DNA of 58,769 nucleotides, counting the filler, from Bacteriovoracaceae bacterium (lineage in GTDB: Bacteria > Bdellovibrionota > Bacteriovoracia > Bacteriovoracales > Bacteriovoracaceae), in assembly GCA_018649885.1 (NCBI GenBank). It is 3 parts of 3 records of this genome, joined end to end, with 100 filler letters (N's around TTAATTAATTAA, not from the genome) between each part and the next. Parts side by side here need not be neighbours in the genome. Positions count along the whole stretch, not along the records: positions 26,994 to 40,183 come from JABIHA010000053.1; 2 more parts are not named here. The stretch is one strand, 5' to 3'. Made by a program: the position numbers and the translations under genes. A model generated the notes under the pieces. The model ran no database searches, was not told the origin of the DNA, and saw only the letters and a list, made by a program, of their open reading frames with translations. Below are positions 28,746 through 38,953 of this stretch, piece by piece. The stretch's first letter is position 1, and each line of letters starts with the position of its first letter.

Positions 28746-29421
28746 GTGGATACTAATACTATACTTCACACTTCCAACTCCAGGAATAAGCTCAACTATC
28801 TTTGTCCCCGACTCTGATACTGCTCTTTTAATCGAGCTTGTATCAACTACGATTTCTCAGTTAAATGAGCTCGAAAAACTAGTATCAAACGCCGAAAAAT
28901 ACACCAAAAGAATCCAGGAATATAACGAGCTTGCTGAAGACTATTACTTTAGAGCGCAGCGCTTACTATACTGGGCCGACGACATGCTCATTCTTCTTGA
29001 TAGTGATGTTAAAAGCCTAGAACAGCTTAACTCCGCCATCCGCTCTCTTCGTTTTCAAATTGATGATTTTAAATCCCAGATGATGGAATACGGACTTATC
29101 GCTGTTCAAAGTGAAAAAGAAGAATTTCATGCAAAGGCCAACTCACCAAAAATAAAAAGAAGAATGCGCCTTGCCAAACTTCAACTTGATCGCTCCTCTG
29201 GAGTCAAAAGCTCAAAAGGAGCGCTTAAACAAATAAATCAGAACACGGCCCTCATAAACTCATCTGTAGTCGACCTAAATGCCCAAACAAATAGCCTTGT
29301 TGCCATAAACGCCAAAAGAAATCGAATGATTGCAAAAGACATGACCAAAAAGGCGATAAAAAACCAAAAGAAAAAAGAATTCTACCAACTTGACGCTATT
29401 TCGCCCAAGGCAGCTAGGTAG
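28738..29421 (+). CDS. VirB5/TrbJ-like secreted helical protein
   Basis: Signal peptide, coiled-coil character, and position between the VirB4-like and VirB6-like genes. Confidence 0.55.
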   Translation: MIKWILILYFTLPTPGISSTIFVPDSDTALLIELVSTTISQLNELEKLVSNAEKYTKRIQEYNELAEDYYFRAQRLLYWADDMLILLDSDVKSLEQLNSAIRSLRFQIDDFKSQMMEYGLIAVQSEKEEFHAKANSPKIKRRMRLAKLQLDRSSGVKSSKGALKQINQNTALINSSVVDLNAQTNSLVAINAKRNRMIAKDMTKKAIKNQKKKEFYQLDAISPKAAR

Positions 29422-30839
29422 TGAGCGTGAATATCCTAGAAGATCTACTTTTTCTTGAAAACAAAGGGCCTCTTGCTCTTTCAAAGTATATATCGCCTCT
29501 GTCTCTAAGATACCTTGGAGTGTTTTTCATATTAGGTGTCATTTTAGAGTTCATGGGCGAATGGGCATTTTCAAGCGTCCTAAAAAGAACGATCCTAGCA
29601 GCAATCATCATATCTAGCTCAAGCTATATAATAACCCCTTCAATAAAAAGAAGCTTTAGCTACTCAAACCAATTGATAAAGAGATTCGATCCACAAAATA
29701 AACTGATCTCAAGCTGGAAAAAGTCCTCAAGAACACTTCACCGCTACAAAAAAAAGGGGAGTGATAAGTCATGGCTTCGACTACAAATTCTTGGAAAAGC
29801 CGTGATTGAAGATACAATTTCATTTGTTTCATGGATTTTAGTCTACGTAGCACTTTGGATTCTAAAATATCTCTACAGCACGGTTTACTACTTTCTACTA
29901 GTTTTCATAGGCCCATGCGCCCTACTTTCTATTCTACCTTTCACCCAAAAAGCGATAAACGGTGTAATCCAAACCTACCTTTGGCTGGTACTCATGCCGC
30001 CAGTTGTTTCCCTTTTGGTACTCCTACTTGGTTCTGTTGACCAGTTTAACCCTGCTATGTCTGGAGCACTGACAACAAACTTCACAGGTCTTTTGCACCT
30101 TCTGATTATGAGTATCTTCCTACTACTAAGCCCAGTGATCACAAGCTCTATCATATCCGGCGTGGGCCTTTACGAGTTTTCAACCGCCCTTGGAAAATCA
30201 TATGCAAATGCATCCCTATTTGGACTCCAAAACATGATCATTAAAAGTGCCACTACTCCCGCACTTAAAACCTTAAACATGGGAAAAAGAGGATATGGAA
30301 GTTTTGCAAGAGATCTCTCCCAAAGGGCAACAGGTATAAAACAAAACCTTGGCGCAGACTTCAATAGACCTCAGGCCATATCAGAAAATACCGGAAGCAT
30401 CCAAGAAAGACTAAGTGCCAAAAAAGAGCGATTTGATAATTTAAGAAAAAATGCCACTCCCAAAGAAAAAGCAGTTCTAGCACTTGATAAAGTTCTAAAC
30501 GGCCCAAAGAACCACGCAAAAGCTGTAAATATCAAAAAAAGCGCTCTTCAAGTACCAAAGAGCGTTGAAAGTAAGACCCACCTACAGCAGCAAAGACAAG
30601 AGATCTTCCAAAACAAACCCCTAAGAGTGAAAGCTCAAACGGCGATCAAAGAGATCAATAAAGGCGGGTTCAATCCCAGCAATTATACAAAAAAAGAGCT
30701 AAGTGCCGCCGACGTAATAAGCAGAAGTGCTAGATCAGGACAAAAAGAGGATTTCATAATTAATCCCCAAAATCACAAAAAACTCACTGAAATAACTCCA
30801 AAACACAGGACTAAACGTGGAATTCGACCCAAAAAATGA
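29421..30839 (+). CDS. VirB6/TrbL-like polytopic membrane protein with a basic C-terminal tail
   Basis: About six TM segments, 'GPCALLSILP' and a long Lys-rich tail; T4SS operon context. Confidence 0.65.
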   Translation: MSVNILEDLLFLENKGPLALSKYISPLSLRYLGVFFILGVILEFMGEWAFSSVLKRTILAAIIISSSSYIITPSIKRSFSYSNQLIKRFDPQNKLISSWKKSSRTLHRYKKKGSDKSWLRLQILGKAVIEDTISFVSWILVYVALWILKYLYSTVYYFLLVFIGPCALLSILPFTQKAINGVIQTYLWLVLMPPVVSLLVLLLGSVDQFNPAMSGALTTNFTGLLHLLIMSIFLLLSPVITSSIISGVGLYEFSTALGKSYANASLFGLQNMIIKSATTPALKTLNMGKRGYGSFARDLSQRATGIKQNLGADFNRPQAISENTGSIQERLSAKKERFDNLRKNATPKEKAVLALDKVLNGPKNHAKAVNIKKSALQVPKSVESKTHLQQQRQEIFQNKPLRVKAQTAIKEINKGGFNPSNYTKKELSAADVISRSARSGQKEDFIINPQNHKKLTEITPKHRTKRGIRPKK

Positions 30840-31257
30840 AAAATTCGATAAAATCATCAAAATCTCAACACTAGTACTTCTAGTGTTAAATATTTTTTTT
30901 ATAGCACTCACATCAGCTAAAAGATCATTCCCAGATAGATCCCCTTACCTATCAAAGTCAGCTCACGCAAAAGATATCTGCTACTTTGGTATTAAATCAA
31001 TCCTTGATAGGGAACCCTCAGAGTCATACTTCACAGAAAAAATATTCGACCTCCTAAAAGATGAGCCCCTTCTTCCTCTGGATTTTGAAGGAGACGAGGT
31101 AATTTCATCTTTAATCACTCTTTCAAAAACCCAGTGCAAACTCATAACCAAAGACAAAAGAGGCCTTAGATCCTTTGATGTGACTCTGCATGAAAGCAGC
31201 AGCTCAGCGTTTGGAGCACAGATCAAAAACATAGAAGAACAGGAGCTAGAATTATGA
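30817..31257 (+). CDS. Bitopic T4SS component (VirB8-like by position)
   Basis: N-terminal TM plus a small soluble domain; overlapping-gene operon. Confidence 0.4.
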   Translation: MEFDPKNEKFDKIIKISTLVLLVLNIFFIALTSAKRSFPDRSPYLSKSAHAKDICYFGIKSILDREPSESYFTEKIFDLLKDEPLLPLDFEGDEVISSLITLSKTQCKLITKDKRGLRSFDVTLHESSSSAFGAQIKNIEEQELEL

Positions 31258-31718
31258 GTTACTTTATGATGGCCGGAGCAGCTGCTCTCATTTTTATGAA
31301 CGCAGAGTACCCAACTACAATAAAATTTGAAGAGCCCATTGAGTTCTACTCTCTAGGAAATCAAGGAGACTTTTTCACACATAAATCAAATAATTCAAAA
31401 ATCTTAGTCATAAAGCCCAAGAAAATTAAGTTTAAAACCCCAATGGTTGTGATTACCAAGAAGGCCAGCTATCAATTTTTGGTGGTGGACTCTGTAAGGC
31501 ACTATCAAAGCTATCTTGAAGTAAAAAGCTCCATGCCATCAAGAACATACCGCCCATACAAGAGCACTCCCTATGGCCCAATAAAGGAGTCTGATTACAA
31601 CTTTCTACTTGTTAACCCAAAAAAGAAAAATATCAAGATAAACGGGCAACTAAGATCAGAAAAAGAAATCTATATCTCCAAAGGATCAAAGATATTGATT
31701 GAAGGAGAGATTTATTAA
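31254..31718 (+). CDS. T4SS core component (VirB9/TraK-like, short)
   Basis: Beta-rich 'TTIKFEEPI...ILVIKP...MVVIT...YQF', directly upstream of the VirB10-like gene. Confidence 0.5.
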   Translation: MSYFMMAGAAALIFMNAEYPTTIKFEEPIEFYSLGNQGDFFTHKSNNSKILVIKPKKIKFKTPMVVITKKASYQFLVVDSVRHYQSYLEVKSSMPSRTYRPYKSTPYGPIKESDYNFLLVNPKKKNIKINGQLRSEKEIYISKGSKILIEGEIY

Positions 31719-32484
31719 AAAGTTATCTCTTCTTCTCACCTTAAATTTAATCAGTGCGGCCACATTCGGAGATTCTGGAATAAATACACTTCCTAAAAAA
31801 GATCGATACAGAATCAGGAAAGTTTTTAAACAAACAAAACCAAGAAGTAGTTCATCTAATCTAAAAAATTTGCGGCGCATTAATGAACAGAATAAACGAA
31901 TAGAAGCTCTGCTTGGCCTAAAGTTTTCAAGACCATTCATAGGTGATGAAACTAACTCAATAGATTTTAAAACAGGAAGTGTCTTCAAAGGAATACTTTT
32001 AAACTCAATAGTCTCAACAAACCTAGAGTCCCCTATACTAATAGAAATAAATCCAGAGCAAGGATTTGAACAAGGTGCCAAGATAAAATGTACTGGCACC
32101 ACTATGCACAGAAGAGTCATTACAGCATGCAGTCTTCTAATTACAACCCAAAATGAATTTGAAATTTCAGCAGTTGCCCTAAACCAGGACGGCTCCGCTG
32201 GCCTAAAGGGAATGTATTACTCAGGAAAAGATGAATTCTTTGCTGCAACAGTAGCAAGTGCTTTTGCAAAGGGGATTGTCGAGATTTCTCAAGACAAACT
32301 CTCAACTCCCTACGGAGAGCTAGCTAAAAACACATCCAAAAATAAAATCCTCCAAGGTGCAATGAACTCAATTGATGAAGCGAATACTCTTTTAAAAGAG
32401 GAGGCCAGCTCAAAAGAGCCGAAGGTTTACATTGAAGCTGGAAAAGAGGTTTTAGTCTTTTTAACCAAAAGGTTTAAAATATGA
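31699..32484 (+). CDS. VirB10/TrbI-like protein
   Basis: 'GSVFKGILLNSIVS', 'DGSAGLKG' and 'IEAGKEVLVF'. Confidence 0.8.
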   Translation: MKERFIKKLSLLLTLNLISAATFGDSGINTLPKKDRYRIRKVFKQTKPRSSSSNLKNLRRINEQNKRIEALLGLKFSRPFIGDETNSIDFKTGSVFKGILLNSIVSTNLESPILIEINPEQGFEQGAKIKCTGTTMHRRVITACSLLITTQNEFEISAVALNQDGSAGLKGMYYSGKDEFFAATVASAFAKGIVEISQDKLSTPYGELAKNTSKNKILQGAMNSIDEANTLLKEEASSKEPKVYIEAGKEVLVFLTKRFKI

Positions 32485-33041
32485 ACAAACTACTACTACT
32501 AATAATCATGACTACTTCGTCATGCTCAACGCTAAACCGACAGCGTTTTTTTGCAGCAACTTCAGGAATGCTTGTTGGTGGAATGATAGGTGCAGTCGCT
32601 GGAAAAAGCTTTTCACCTGATAAAGCGAATGAAGCTGGCAATGCACTTCTAGGAGCGAGCATTGGGGTCACACTTGGTGGGGCTGCTGGTTTTGGAATGG
32701 GTAGCTTTTTTTGGAATGAAGATCCAGAGAACAAGAAGCTTCCAAATATGATTTTGAAAGGGGTCACAAAAAATCAAGATCAAGGATTAAATTATGCCCC
32801 CCAATCAAAATCAAAAACACTTCTCAGTCTTAAGGATATCAAAAAACTGCCAATATCCAACAACAAACTGGAAATACCTTCCTTTTTAAAAGGAAAACTA
32901 AAAAAACCAAACCTTGTTATCTACGACATCCCAGCTTTTGAAGAAAGAAAAGATGGAGGAAGGATTATTTATCATGAAGAACACAAAGCTTACGAATACG
33001 TCCTCGAAGATCAAATCGAACCCACTATCGGATCTAATTGA
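32481..33041 (+). CDS. Lipoprotein with glycine zipper (T4SS-associated)
   Basis: Lipobox 'SSC' and GxxxG repeats; the C-terminal 'IPAFEE...HEEH' is reminiscent of TraV-like lipoproteins. Confidence 0.55.
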   Translation: MNKLLLLIIMTTSSCSTLNRQRFFAATSGMLVGGMIGAVAGKSFSPDKANEAGNALLGASIGVTLGGAAGFGMGSFFWNEDPENKKLPNMILKGVTKNQDQGLNYAPQSKSKTLLSLKDIKKLPISNNKLEIPSFLKGKLKKPNLVIYDIPAFEERKDGGRIIYHEEHKAYEYVLEDQIEPTIGSN

Positions 33042-33147
33042 GGGATGTACAACGGCCATAATTTTTATACTCGGAGATATACTAAGATGGATCATCAAAA
33101 AAATTTTCAAATAACCCGCAATAGTAGCAAAAAAAATTTGCCCAACT

Positions 33148-33302
33148 TAGGCCGCCTAAAACAGTACCTTAAAGGCCGCATAACGGCCTGTCAGTACCCA
33201 TTAGAACTCCGGGCCAATTTTGTCCCAATAATCAACTGCTTAGCTTTCCGATATTACAGAGACATCTCTCGCCACGTTGTTTTGAGAAATGTCTCTGTAA
33301 TA
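33148..33302. other. Candidate oriT
   Basis: Immediately upstream of the relaxase. Contains hairpins TTAGGC-C-GCCTAA and AGGCCG-CATAA-CGGCCT, each followed by CAGTACC, and a 14-bp perfect IR TATTACAGAGACAT / ATGTCTCTGTAATA (33252-33302). Confidence 0.55.
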
Positions 33303-33343
33303 CCTACAAGCACACAATTAATTACCATTACCCCGGAGTTAAA

Positions 33344-34030
33344 ATGATTACTGATAGAGATATAAAAGTACTGAGGTTTCTAAATGAGTTTGGATTCGCT
33401 AGGACGTCTGTCATAAACGATTTATTTTTTAAAGACAGATGTCCTAGCGTTTGCTCAAGGCGTCTTAAAATACTATTCAACCAAAAACTACTAATGACCT
33501 CTAAGGATATTAGATCTACTGAAAATATCTATAGGATTTCCATTGATGGAATCAATATCCTTAAAAATTTCCAAATAGATCTTTTCCCCTTCAAAAAAGG
33601 TTTCCCGCTTGGAACTTTTATCCATGACGATTATGTGCAGAGGGTACTACTCAAATTCTGCTTTGCAGGATTTAAGCAGTTCATTTCAGAAAAAAGAATG
33701 AAAAGAAAAAAGATTTTTGACGAACATGTGCCTGACCTTCTAATTCTCCTGTCCTCAGACCGCCATGTATTCATTGAAGTCGAGCTTTCATATAAGTCAA
33801 AAAAACGATTAAAAGAAAAACTCGAAGAGATTCAGCGTTATCCATTAAATGAACTAACAATATACTTTTGTATAGATGAGGAGTTAGAAAACCGAATCAA
33901 CCTGGTAATTAAAGAAAACAATCTAAGACCACAAAACTTTCTAACATGTAACCTCGCTGAGTTTCTTAAAGACCCACAAGCGATCCTAAATAGACTAGAT
34001 AAACCAGTACCACTAAAGGAAGCACTATGA
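33344..34030 (+). CDS. Replication-relaxation family (MOB_C-like) relaxase
   Basis: wHTH-like N-terminus 'ITDRDIKVLRFL.EFGF', 'HD', and a PD-(D/E)xK-type 'VPDLLI...FIEVELSYKS'; overlaps VirD4. Confidence 0.78.
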   Translation: MITDRDIKVLRFLNEFGFARTSVINDLFFKDRCPSVCSRRLKILFNQKLLMTSKDIRSTENIYRISIDGINILKNFQIDLFPFKKGFPLGTFIHDDYVQRVLLKFCFAGFKQFISEKRMKRKKIFDEHVPDLLILLSSDRHVFIEVELSYKSKKRLKEKLEEIQRYPLNELTIYFCIDEELENRINLVIKENNLRPQNFLTCNLAEFLKDPQAILNRLDKPVPLKEAL

Positions 34031-35493
34031 GCGAGATATCAAACACACAACCACCCTGGGAAATTGGCATCATACTACTTGTGATGGGCTCTTACATATT
34101 TGATGTTGTTCAGGCCCATCCTCAGTACCCAATCTATATTGCCCTGGTGATTACCGCGATTGGAGCTACATACCTTTTTTATAAATTACAAAACCCAGTT
34201 AAAGATCACTTCCAGCAAAAAGACCCAGAAATTGACTCCATCGCTTTTGGAAAATCAAAACCATTATTTCCAAAAAAAGGACTAAATCTCAAAAGCTACG
34301 CAGTCAAAAAACGAATCTATGAATCTCACCAACTAACCCTTGGAACGACCGGAGCTGGAAAAACCTATAGTGTCCTTAGACCACAAATAAGATCTGAGAT
34401 AAAATTTGGAAATACCATCTTTATAATCGATCCAAAGGGAGACTCAACTCTTAGAGACGCCGTCTACTCCTACGCAAAAGAATTTGAACGATCTGATGAC
34501 TTCATCTATTTCTCCCTTACTAACCCTGAAAACTCAAACAGATTCAACCCATTTTCAGGAAGTGGTATATCTGAGATAAAAGATCTGATCATCAGCTCAA
34601 CTGTATGGAGCGAGCCTTATTATAAAAAAATGAGTGAAGCTTCTCTTTTAAAGTGTTTAAAAGAGATTAAAGGCGAGATCGATTTAGATTCAATAATAAG
34701 ATCCCTTCCCGATAAAAAAGAGCTTACAGGTCTTAAATGTGATCTTGAAATCATGAAAATGAGCTCCTTTGGTCCACTTATTTCAAGATCAGACTCACCT
34801 ACCCTAAAAGACTTCTATAATGAGAAAAAAGTCGTCTATTTCTCTCTTGATGTTCAGGCCTTCCCAGAAGCTGCGATCCAAATAGGAAAAATCATACTAT
34901 CAGGACTTATGGGACTTTCTAACCACGCATCAACAAGCCTTGATCAAAAAGACAGAAAAAGAGTCAATATCGTCGTAGATGAGTTTGGCTCTTTTATCAC
35001 AGATCCATTTATCAACTTTCTAAACAAGGCCAGATCATCAAACATAAGATTTCTTCTCGCCACACAAAGCATTAGTGATCTAAAAAGCCTAGATCCAGTA
35101 CACCTAGGACGGATAATAGATAACACTCCCGTAAAGATCATAATGCTTTTATCTGATCCTGAATCAATCGAATACACCGCTAAAATTTTTGGCACAAAAG
35201 AGGCCGTGAAAGATACTTCACAAACACAAAAAGGCCTCTTCTTTTCTAAAAGAGATACCGGAATGGGTAGTTCAAGAGATGTTGAAGAGTTTATTGTCCA
35301 TCCTGGGAGAATAAGAGCGCTAAACCAAGGTGAAGGATTTTTAATCACACAAGCTCCATACACCATATCAAAAGTAAAATTTTCGGGGACTAAGGATAAT
35401 AGTACTCCCTACAAACCAATTAAAAGATCCAAACCAGAAATTAAAGATACTAAGATCGCTGCAATAAATGGCAGTGATCTACTTGAACTATAA
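34027..35493 (+). CDS. Type IV coupling protein (VirD4/TraD-like)
   Basis: Two N-terminal TMs, Walker A GTTGAGKT, 'IDPKGD', 'FNPF', Walker B 'VVDEF' and 'ATQS'. Confidence 0.92.
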   Translation: MSEISNTQPPWEIGIILLVMGSYIFDVVQAHPQYPIYIALVITAIGATYLFYKLQNPVKDHFQQKDPEIDSIAFGKSKPLFPKKGLNLKSYAVKKRIYESHQLTLGTTGAGKTYSVLRPQIRSEIKFGNTIFIIDPKGDSTLRDAVYSYAKEFERSDDFIYFSLTNPENSNRFNPFSGSGISEIKDLIISSTVWSEPYYKKMSEASLLKCLKEIKGEIDLDSIIRSLPDKKELTGLKCDLEIMKMSSFGPLISRSDSPTLKDFYNEKKVVYFSLDVQAFPEAAIQIGKIILSGLMGLSNHASTSLDQKDRKRVNIVVDEFGSFITDPFINFLNKARSSNIRFLLATQSISDLKSLDPVHLGRIIDNTPVKIIMLLSDPESIEYTAKIFGTKEAVKDTSQTQKGLFFSKRDTGMGSSRDVEEFIVHPGRIRALNQGEGFLITQAPYTISKVKFSGTKDNSTPYKPIKRSKPEIKDTKIAAINGSDLLEL

Positions 35494-35506
35494 CAAAGGA
35501 AGGAAC

Positions 35507-35905
35507 ATGCAAGTACAAAGTACAGTTACAGAAGTAAAGGGTCCTGGATATCAGGCAAAAGCTGATGCAAAAAAAGCAAAGACTCTCAGACGCTACGTAA
35601 AAGTCGATTTCAACCTAGACAAAAAATCCGATTCAGAACTCTACAACCGGCTTTGGGAAATGAGAGAGAAGGTAAACAACAAAGATCTTGGAAAAAAGAT
35701 CCCTCCAGGTGAGATCTTTAAAATCGCACTTAAATATGTAAAAGAGGGTGACATCAAAGATCTTCAAGAAAAAAGCATGAGCCATGAAGACAAACTAAAA
35801 CTCTGGACCAAAGCCTATAATGAAAAGACAGGAAAAGAGCTAACCCCAATGGAGTTTGCGATAGAAATCTTACCAGGTCTCAAAAAGAACAAGGTGAAGC
35901 AATAA
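35507..35905 (+). CDS. Small basic hypothetical protein of the conjugative element
   Basis: SD AAGGAAGGA before ATG 35507; Lys-rich, possibly DNA-binding. Confidence 0.65.
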   Translation: MQVQSTVTEVKGPGYQAKADAKKAKTLRRYVKVDFNLDKKSDSELYNRLWEMREKVNNKDLGKKIPPGEIFKIALKYVKEGDIKDLQEKSMSHEDKLKLWTKAYNEKTGKELTPMEFAIEILPGLKKNKVKQ

Positions 35906-36048
35906 GCCCCTCCCCTTTTCTCATACCAGAGAACCTTCGACCACGGATGGGAGAAAAAGTGAGCATCCCACGACGGGATAGTGAGCGTAGCAACTACTCA
36001 CTGATGGCAGCGATTGTTGTCATCAGTGATTTTACCTAGGAAACTAAA

Positions 36049-36876
36049 ATGAACAACCGAATATACTTCTTCGACGTAGAAACAGTATCAAGTAAAGACA
36101 TAGTCCAAATCGGAATAACCAGGCTAACAAGAACTGACGATGAGGTTACTAATATCGAAATCGTCTTTGACGCTATCCTAAACCCAATAATTAAAAGCTG
36201 TGACGTAAACCCATTTGCGGCAAGGGCACACCATGTCTCAGAATATAAATGGTCAAAAGCTCCAACAATTGAAGAATATTACATCTATCTAAAAATCCTT
36301 CTTGAAAATGAAAAAGTCATGCACTGGGGAGGAAATGACCCTATTCTTCTATCTAAAACACTCACAAACTTTGAACTTGATGAATTTGAAATAAATTTCA
36401 CAGATATGATCCCAAAGTATTTCAAAAAATCAACTCTAAGTGCTGCCGCCAAAGAAATTGGCATAGAAAACAGCGCATTTCACGATGCAAGCTTTGATAC
36501 ATATATATCAGCACTTCTATTTGCAGCAAAGTACCACAAATACGCACTCAAAACTAAAGATCAGACGATTCTAAAAACCTATAACGAAAAATATGAAGGA
36601 AATGCAAATCCAAATAAATTAAAAGAGATGTATTCTAAAGCTTCAGGAGAGAAGGGTAATATCTGCTTATCCGGATTCACCGCCAGTGAAAAAATAAAAT
36701 TCGGAAAACTTCTATCTGATCAAGGGTATTGCCTGAAAAAATCAGTATCAAAAAAATTACACTTTCTTATCCTTCCGAATAGAGAGTATAGAAGAAGTCC
36801 TAGCAAAGAAAAAATGGCAAAAGAGGTGGGTGCAAAAATTGTAGACTTTGATACTTTTCTATCTATACATACCTAG
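36049..36876 (+). CDS. DEDDh 3'-5' exonuclease fused to a C-terminal BRCT domain
   Basis: ExoI 'FFDVET', ExoII 'HWGGND', ExoIII 'HDASFD'; BRCT-like 'ICLSGF...KSVSKKLHFLI...PSK...AKEVGAKIV'. Confidence 0.85.
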   Translation: MNNRIYFFDVETVSSKDIVQIGITRLTRTDDEVTNIEIVFDAILNPIIKSCDVNPFAARAHHVSEYKWSKAPTIEEYYIYLKILLENEKVMHWGGNDPILLSKTLTNFELDEFEINFTDMIPKYFKKSTLSAAAKEIGIENSAFHDASFDTYISALLFAAKYHKYALKTKDQTILKTYNEKYEGNANPNKLKEMYSKASGEKGNICLSGFTASEKIKFGKLLSDQGYCLKKSVSKKLHFLILPNREYRRSPSKEKMAKEVGAKIVDFDTFLSIHT

Positions 36877-37277
36877 TAAAACAAATCCTTACAGACAGAG
36901 CAAAGGACAGAACAAGGAGTGCGCTGTCTTAGTCGAGCATGCCATGCCGGGCATGATGCGAAGATAAAACGAATCGACCAGGACGGGAGAATAAGAGTAG
37001 AAGCTACAACTCCCCTACTCCACAAGCTAAAATGCCCCCTCAACACTCCGTAGAAGCCTCCATATCATGCCCCTAAAGAGTGGAAGTGCATATTACGTAT
37101 AAAGTTCATAGTGTACTTTTAATCGGCCATTTAACAATTGGATATATAAATAATTCAAGAAATCCCCAAAATCGACAACTCGACCTAGTTCTAGTTTATT
37201 ATTAGCAAAAGAACATCAAGCTCAGTATGGGTCACTAGAATCGCTAATAATCAAATTCCTTAAAAAGGTCATTCAAA

Positions 37278-38540
37278 ATGAATATTACATTTTTGAAAAG
37301 TAGTTTTCTCATAATCTTTATTTTTGCCTCTGCTTCTGTGCTAGGAAAGCAAAGTAAAGCTGATAGTTGCAAAAAAATGAATGATATAAGAAAAATTAGA
37401 AAAGAGATTAAGCAGAAAATTAAAAGTGACGATTCAGCTTTCTTAAATGAATACTTAAAACTTGAATATGTAGTTAATATTCTTGAGGAATTCGATATGG
37501 AAGAAAACCCTTACCTAGGACTTTCTAGGATAGTAGGGAAGCAAGTTGAAATACTTAGAGGTGAATATAAAATTAGAAAGTCTAAACAATCTAAAAAAAT
37601 AAAAGTGTACTTAAGTCTGAAAAAGCAGCAGTATACACTTCAATGCCTTTGGAAAAAAAATGACACAAATTTCCTCGAAAATATAAATAGCAACAAAGAA
37701 AGATTAAAAGAAATAAATGAACAGATAGCTGTAATCAGACAGTACAATACTTTTATGATTCCGGAGAGAAAAAATCACCTTTTCTATGGTCGATTTAGAT
37801 TAAATTATTCAGTCGTTGATATCGATCGAATTAGAGAAATTAGAAGAGTTGGAGAAATATTTTTAAATACAATTAGTAAACACTCCTCTGCCCCTAACAA
37901 TCCTCTTCCCTTTCCAGTTATATATGATGAATATTATATTCCATGGTTAGAGCAAATTTTCAAGTATGAATCCTTAGAGTTTTCCAAAAATTATAGTAGA
38001 TTAATCAGTGGTTTAGTTATATTTGATCAAGAAAAAAACTCTTCAAACCGAGAGTATTATGAGAATATATCAGCTGACTTGAGTTACTTTGAACTTGCTC
38101 CTATCATACAGAACTCAAATATTGAAACTATCTCTGATTGTTCATCTAAAGGCAAAGGGCAATATTGTAATTTTGAAGACTTTGAACAAATTGAAAATTA
38201 CTGTCTAAAATATCATGGAGGCCTACCAACAATTTCACAATTGACAAAAAAACTAAATCCAATGGGGTGGGGAAGACGTTCTTCCGACCCTGAAGAAAGG
38301 AGCACCATTTACATCGATACAAAAAATGAAGACTTTAAAATACCATATGATGTTGAAGGGGCCTACGATCAAAGAGAAAACTACGAAGATTATATTTTTC
38401 TTTGGACATCAACAACTGAATCTCACTATTCTTTTTCAGAAAAAAGACATTTTGAATTAAGAGATGGAGATTTGACATTAAAAAGCTATTTAAGAAGATC
38501 TAGCAAGGCAATTTCATCTGCCAGATGTATCCAAAAATAG
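37278..38540 (+). CDS. Secreted protein with a C-terminal C-type-lectin-fold-like (DUF1566/FGE-like) domain
   Basis: Signal peptide; 'YC....GLPTISQL', 'FLWTST' and a terminal 'ARCI'. Confidence 0.6.
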   Translation: MNITFLKSSFLIIFIFASASVLGKQSKADSCKKMNDIRKIRKEIKQKIKSDDSAFLNEYLKLEYVVNILEEFDMEENPYLGLSRIVGKQVEILRGEYKIRKSKQSKKIKVYLSLKKQQYTLQCLWKKNDTNFLENINSNKERLKEINEQIAVIRQYNTFMIPERKNHLFYGRFRLNYSVVDIDRIREIRRVGEIFLNTISKHSSAPNNPLPFPVIYDEYYIPWLEQIFKYESLEFSKNYSRLISGLVIFDQEKNSSNREYYENISADLSYFELAPIIQNSNIETISDCSSKGKGQYCNFEDFEQIENYCLKYHGGLPTISQLTKKLNPMGWGRRSSDPEERSTIYIDTKNEDFKIPYDVEGAYDQRENYEDYIFLWTSTTESHYSFSEKRHFELRDGDLTLKSYLRRSSKAISSARCIQK

Positions 38541-38953
38541 AAAGTCTTACTAAAACCTATTTAAAGTTTACAAGCCAAGTAAACAGATACTGGACAGTAC
38601 ATCGTTAAGTTTTAATATTCCTAAGCCCCCTCGGATGAAGGTGAAATTAGCACTACAACTCCCCCAATCTCTAAATTCAAATACTCCCAATAAAAACTCC
38701 CCCCCCCTAAAATAAAACAAGGGTAAGGTAAAACTAGCACTATCACTTACCTACTAACAAAGCTCAAATGCCCCCAGGGTGGAGCCCCTAAAATTATCGA
38801 CGGCCTCAAAAAGGCCCTCTTTTTTGGCCTAAAGGCCCTTTAAAAACCATGGAATTACTCCAAGCTAAGGAGTATTGTTAATATAGTTTTCTAACTAGGT
38901 TCCAACTTTCCTAACATCGGGGGCTAGTAAATTCATATTTCCCTCTTTTCAAA

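Noticed and set aside
33045..33347. 100-aa ORF upstream of the relaxase
   Set aside because: It overlaps the IR-rich oriT-like region and has no recognisable motif; probably spurious.
14099..38540. DGR with the CLec-like gene 37278..38540 as target
   Set aside because: I found no TR/VR similarity between the RT-flanking DNA and the 3' end of that gene or any nearby gene, no avd-like gene is present, and the two lie on different contigs.
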